Of a stretch of 64,000 nucleotides of DNA, positions 59,901 through 64,000 are shown in pieces. The notes beneath the pieces are model-generated. The model saw nothing but the letters and a program-made list of their open reading frames with translations, was not told the DNA's origin and made no database searches. How positions within the stretch are numbered: position 1 is the stretch's first letter; each line of letters opens with the position of its first letter. Origin of the DNA: Mobula hypostoma (lineage: Eukaryota); the NCBI RefSeq assembly GCF_963921235.1, contig NC_086108.1:93808001-93872000 (forward strand). The letters run 5' to 3'. A program made the translations under genes and the position numbers.

Positions 59901-62236
59901 AAATTTCACTCCATACTAAACACAACACCTTTCCTAATGAAGGGTCTCAGCCTGAAATATCAACTGTTTATTCCCACCAAACGGACTGACTGGTTGCGTT
60001 CCTCCAGCACTTTGCTTCATACCAATGTATTCTCCTCATGAAGTGTCTCAATGCTTCAGTTTTCATCAAAGATTCTGTTTTAATCCTACTTCCTAGCTAA
60101 GCATCTTTGGAACAAAAATCAACACAGATACTTCAGCTATTGCCAAACTCGATAGCCAACCCAGGACTGGAAATATTTCGATGGACAGAGATAATCTCAC
60201 CATTAATTACTGTATGCAATAAGAGTTGATCAGGAGCTTGAAGTTGAATGTTACATAATCTCTGGGCTCAAATGATTTGCACAAAGTGCAAGCTTGGCTC
60301 TTGTGTTTATATAATCTTCGGAAACTTTGATCACCTTATGTCCTGTAATGTATACAGCTTCTTTTCCTGGCAGGCTATGAGTATCACTGGACTAAGTGCA
60401 AAGGTGATGATAGGAAAAGATTCCTACTATGTGCATATCACAGAAAAATCGTGAACATGTTTATATGAAGACAGTTATAAATAGCAATCATCTCCAGTGA
60501 GGGCCTATGTGTATTTGTACAAGTGCCAGAAACAAGTAAACCTTGATGAAATGTTATTGATCTCAGCAGTACAGTCAAACCAAGTTTTTGGATTTTGAGG
60601 AGAGCAGAGAGTATCATGAATCCCAGGAATGCAAAAATAAGAATGGAAATTCTTCAGGTATACAGACATCAGCTACCCTCTGCAGTCAAAGCTGAATCAA
60701 CATAGCCCCAAGTTAAGACTTGACAGCTCCTGCTGCAGACGCCATATGTACAAGTGTTGATCAATAAGAATAAAGTTTGCATTTATATAGAACTTTTCTC
60801 GTCCGCAGTGAGTCTGTACACCAAGAGAGATACAGACCAGTAAGAGGAACCTAACAAGCCCCACGTCGCCAATTATATCCATGTGACCAATTAACCTACT
60901 AACCCACACATGTTTGGAATTTGGGAGGAAACCAGAGAACCCCAAGGAAACCGACATGGTTACAACGCCAACGTACACAAGTTCCTTACAGACAGCAGCA
61001 GGAATTCAACCAGGTTCACTGGCACTGTAATGTTGAAATGCTGACTGCTACGCTAACATACACCCTCAATTCCATTTTGGAAGCCAATAATGCAGAAGAA
61101 AGCAGCAGTCAAAATGTGCACAAATATTTCTAGTCCAAGCACACTTGTTACATATATATAGCTTACAATCCCAAGGCCTGGTGATCAAGGAATATGGGTT
61201 CAAATCCCACCCCAGTAGTTGGATATTTAAATTCAGCTGATTACTTCTGGAATAGCAATTATTTTTGCTCATAATATCGACCATGAAACCATTGACTTGA
61301 CATAGTTGTCTTTGATCAGCCTAGCTGTGCTAAGTAGTGTGTAATCAACTCCAAACCACAGCAACCTGGTCGATTTTTGACCGTGTTCTGACAAGTTACT
61401 CAGTTAAAGAACAATTTGGGCTGGGAAATAAAATCTGACCTCTCGATAATGCTCTTTATCACGTGAGTGAATGAATTATGGGTAGGCTAGTACATTGGAT
61501 ACAAAATTGGCTTGGTGGTAGGAGGGAAAGGGTGGTGTAGAGGGCATTCAGAATGGTGACATATAGCCAGTGGAATGCTGCATGGATTGGTGCTGTGTTC
61601 TTTATTACTTATCATATATAAATGACTTGGAAAAGGTTGTCCATTGTGTCTGACGATAACAGGAAACTGTGCAAGAGAGTTTTTAAAAGTGAAAAAGTCA
61701 TTGCACTCTCTCAAACTCAGACGTCCGGATCCAGTGGTACAAACAAGCATCACAATCTGGGATCTACCATGGTTGCAGTGGATGACCATGACATCTTCTG
61801 TGCCTTGGCATGCCTATCGCTCTCCACGGAGCATTGCTGCTGGGTCTCACTGTATATCAGCTCTGCCCAGTCCGTAGGAGCTGACTTCACGTGCTGGGAC
61901 AGGCACCTCCCTACCTCACGGGAGTACAAGGCCACCAGCTACCCTTACCTGGTTTAGCCCATCTGCCGAAGCAGTGTACCAGGGTGTGGCCGCCGTCGCA
62001 TGCAAACAGCTACTTGGAGCTACGGGGGAGAGCTGAGTGTCCGGTGGGGGCCAAAGCTTAGAAAACTGTCCCAGAATTGACATAACAAGCCCCTTTGGAA
62101 GAGAATATGGATACTATAATTAGTAAATTTTCAGATGACATCAAAATTGGTGACGCAGTGGAGAATGAAGGTGGTTTCAAAGATTAAAGCAGGATCCAGA
62201 TACTTGGGAAGGCGGACAAACAAAAGGCAGGTGGAA

Positions 62237-62336
62237 GTTAGTCCTGACGAAGGGTCTCGGCCTGAAACGTCGACTGCACCTCTTCCTACAGATGCTGCTT
62301 GGCCTGCTGCGTTCACCAGCAACTTTGATGTGTGTT
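62237..62336 (+). mobile_element. 100-bp PLE-derived insertion consisting of hammerhead plus downstream pLTR
   Basis: 10-bp TSD gcaggtggaa (62227-62236, 62337-62346), inserted in a CR1 RT remnant. Confidence 0.88.
62240..62275 (+). ncRNA. Minimal type I hammerhead ribozyme motif
   Basis: AGTC-CTGACGA-AGG-gtctcgg-CCT-GAAA-CGTC-GACT, identical to the copy at 51358-51393. Confidence 0.75.
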
Positions 62337-63854
62337 GCAGGTGGAATTTAACTCAGACGAATGTGACTTTGTGCATCTTGGGAAGTTAAACCAAGAGATG
62401 ATAGAGACAGTGAAAGGCAGGGAGTGTTACTGACCAGACAGACATTGATTTATTGTCCATAACACCGCTGGTGTTTAGGGCAGCAATGAAGGTCCACCAT
62501 CTCTGACGGTGTTCAGGATTTCCTTCACTCAAGTCAATAGCTTCCTCCCAGTTTTCACTACAGTCGGTCATGCAAGTCCCAGGTGGAGACTCAGGAATAC
62601 CATTGAACTCAGATGTAGAAGAATTCCTCATTGCTGTTTCCATAACAGTTTTGTTTAACCAGTCAGTGTTGTTAGCACTGAGCTGAACCCCCGAACCTGG
62701 AGGACCAGTGGACCACTCTTAGTCTGGCCTCTACCCTTTGACCTGTGTGGCATGGATAACCCTACCAAGAGCCAAAGCATCAAGCCCTGATGCCAGCCAA
62801 CGTAGCTCTCTGGGTCACTGAGGCACGCAAGACTCCAAACCCAACAAGAAGGTTGTGGCCCTCTTGGAGGACAGAGGCCTTGGGATAAAAGAAAATATTT
62901 CCCTGAAAGTGGTGACACAGGTGGACAGGGTCAAGAAGAACACATATGATGGAAAAGTCACAGGGAGATTAAAACATCGAAGTATACAGTGAAATGAATT
63001 ATCTGTTTTCTTGACCAACACAGACCAGAGGTACGCTGGGGGCAACCCGCAACAGTCGCCATGCTCCTGGTGCCAACATGGAATGCCTAAATGCCCACAT
63101 CTTAGTAACCCTAACCTATACATCTTTTGTAATGTAGTAGGGAACCCACATGGTCACGGGGAGAACATACATTCTCCTTACAGACAGCAGTGGGAATTGA
63201 ACCCAGTTTACCGATCAGCTGAGTTACTAAATATAGGAATTGGGACATTATGTTATGGTTGTAGAGTCTGGTGGCAAGGCTGCAAAAGAGCATCATTTGC
63301 AATTCTGGACTCTACACTATAGGAAGAATATAGAAAGTTGCAGGTGCAATTAGAACATTTAAAAGATACTCTGTCGAGGTCATGGTTAAGAAAAGTTTAC
63401 AGGGATATGGGCAAAATTCTGGCAATAGGTTAACATAGGTAGGCAACTTGGTCATCATGGATGAATTGAGACATACGGCCTGTTTCTCTGCTATAGAATT
63501 CCATGAATTTCTCCAAAAGGCACGTGGACAGAAGTTGGTAACATAATTTCCTATCTGAGTCTGAGTTCTGTCAAAGGGTCTTTGACCTGAAAAGTTCCAT
63601 CTGTTTCTCTTCCCACGAATGCAACTAGATATATAGAACATAAGACAGCACAGTACAGGCCCATCAGGGGAGCAGTTAGGATTAAGAGCCGTGAGAAAAC
63701 GTTGCAGCTCTATAAAACTCTGGTTAATATTGTGTTCAGTTCTGGTCGCCTCATGAAAGGAAGGATGTGAAGTCCTTAGAGAAGCTTCAGAGGAGATCCA
63801 AGTGACAGAAGTAATGCATTTTTCAAAGGTGCTAGCTTGCAAGGCAATCTCACC

Positions 63855-63989
63855 AACACATATACACACACACATATACACACACACACATACACACACA
63901 CACATACACACACACACACATACACACACACACACACACACATACACACACACACATACACACACACACACACACATACACACACACAC
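63855..63989. repeat. Compound (CA)n/(CATA) microsatellite
   Basis: Direct run of CA units interrupted by TA. Confidence 0.95.
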
Positions 63990-64000
63990 TTCTTCGGTTG

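Noticed and set aside
63312..63989. 225-aa Cys/Val-rich ORF
   Set aside because: Artefact of the (TG)n microsatellite plus antisense CR1 sequence.

Overview
Vertebrate nuclear DNA, most likely a cartilaginous fish such as a ray (inferred from the repeat families only). It is overwhelmingly transposon-derived: CR1 LINEs, Rex1/Babar-type LINEs, RTE LINEs, Penelope-like elements (PLEs), tRNA-derived SINEs, Tc1 and hAT remnants, two solo LTRs and two minisatellites. One host gene is supported. Four coding exons of a TECR-family (very-long-chain trans-2,3-enoyl-CoA reductase) gene lie on the minus strand (27288-27094, 26538-26487, 20002-19958, 11189-11086) and splice in frame to 132 aa; the gene continues off the left edge. 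The most notable signals are: (1) minimal type I hammerhead ribozyme motifs in many PLE termini, including 100-140 bp TSD-flanked insertions that are little more than the ribozyme, and fold-back insertions; (2) a full-length TSD-flanked 4.1 kb RTE that resembles the horizontally transferred AviRTE group; (3) a 5'-inverted (twin-priming-like) RTE; (4) a ~245 bp palindrome beside a TECR exon. Repeat boundaries without a stated TSD are approximate. All family names come from motif recognition, not database searches.
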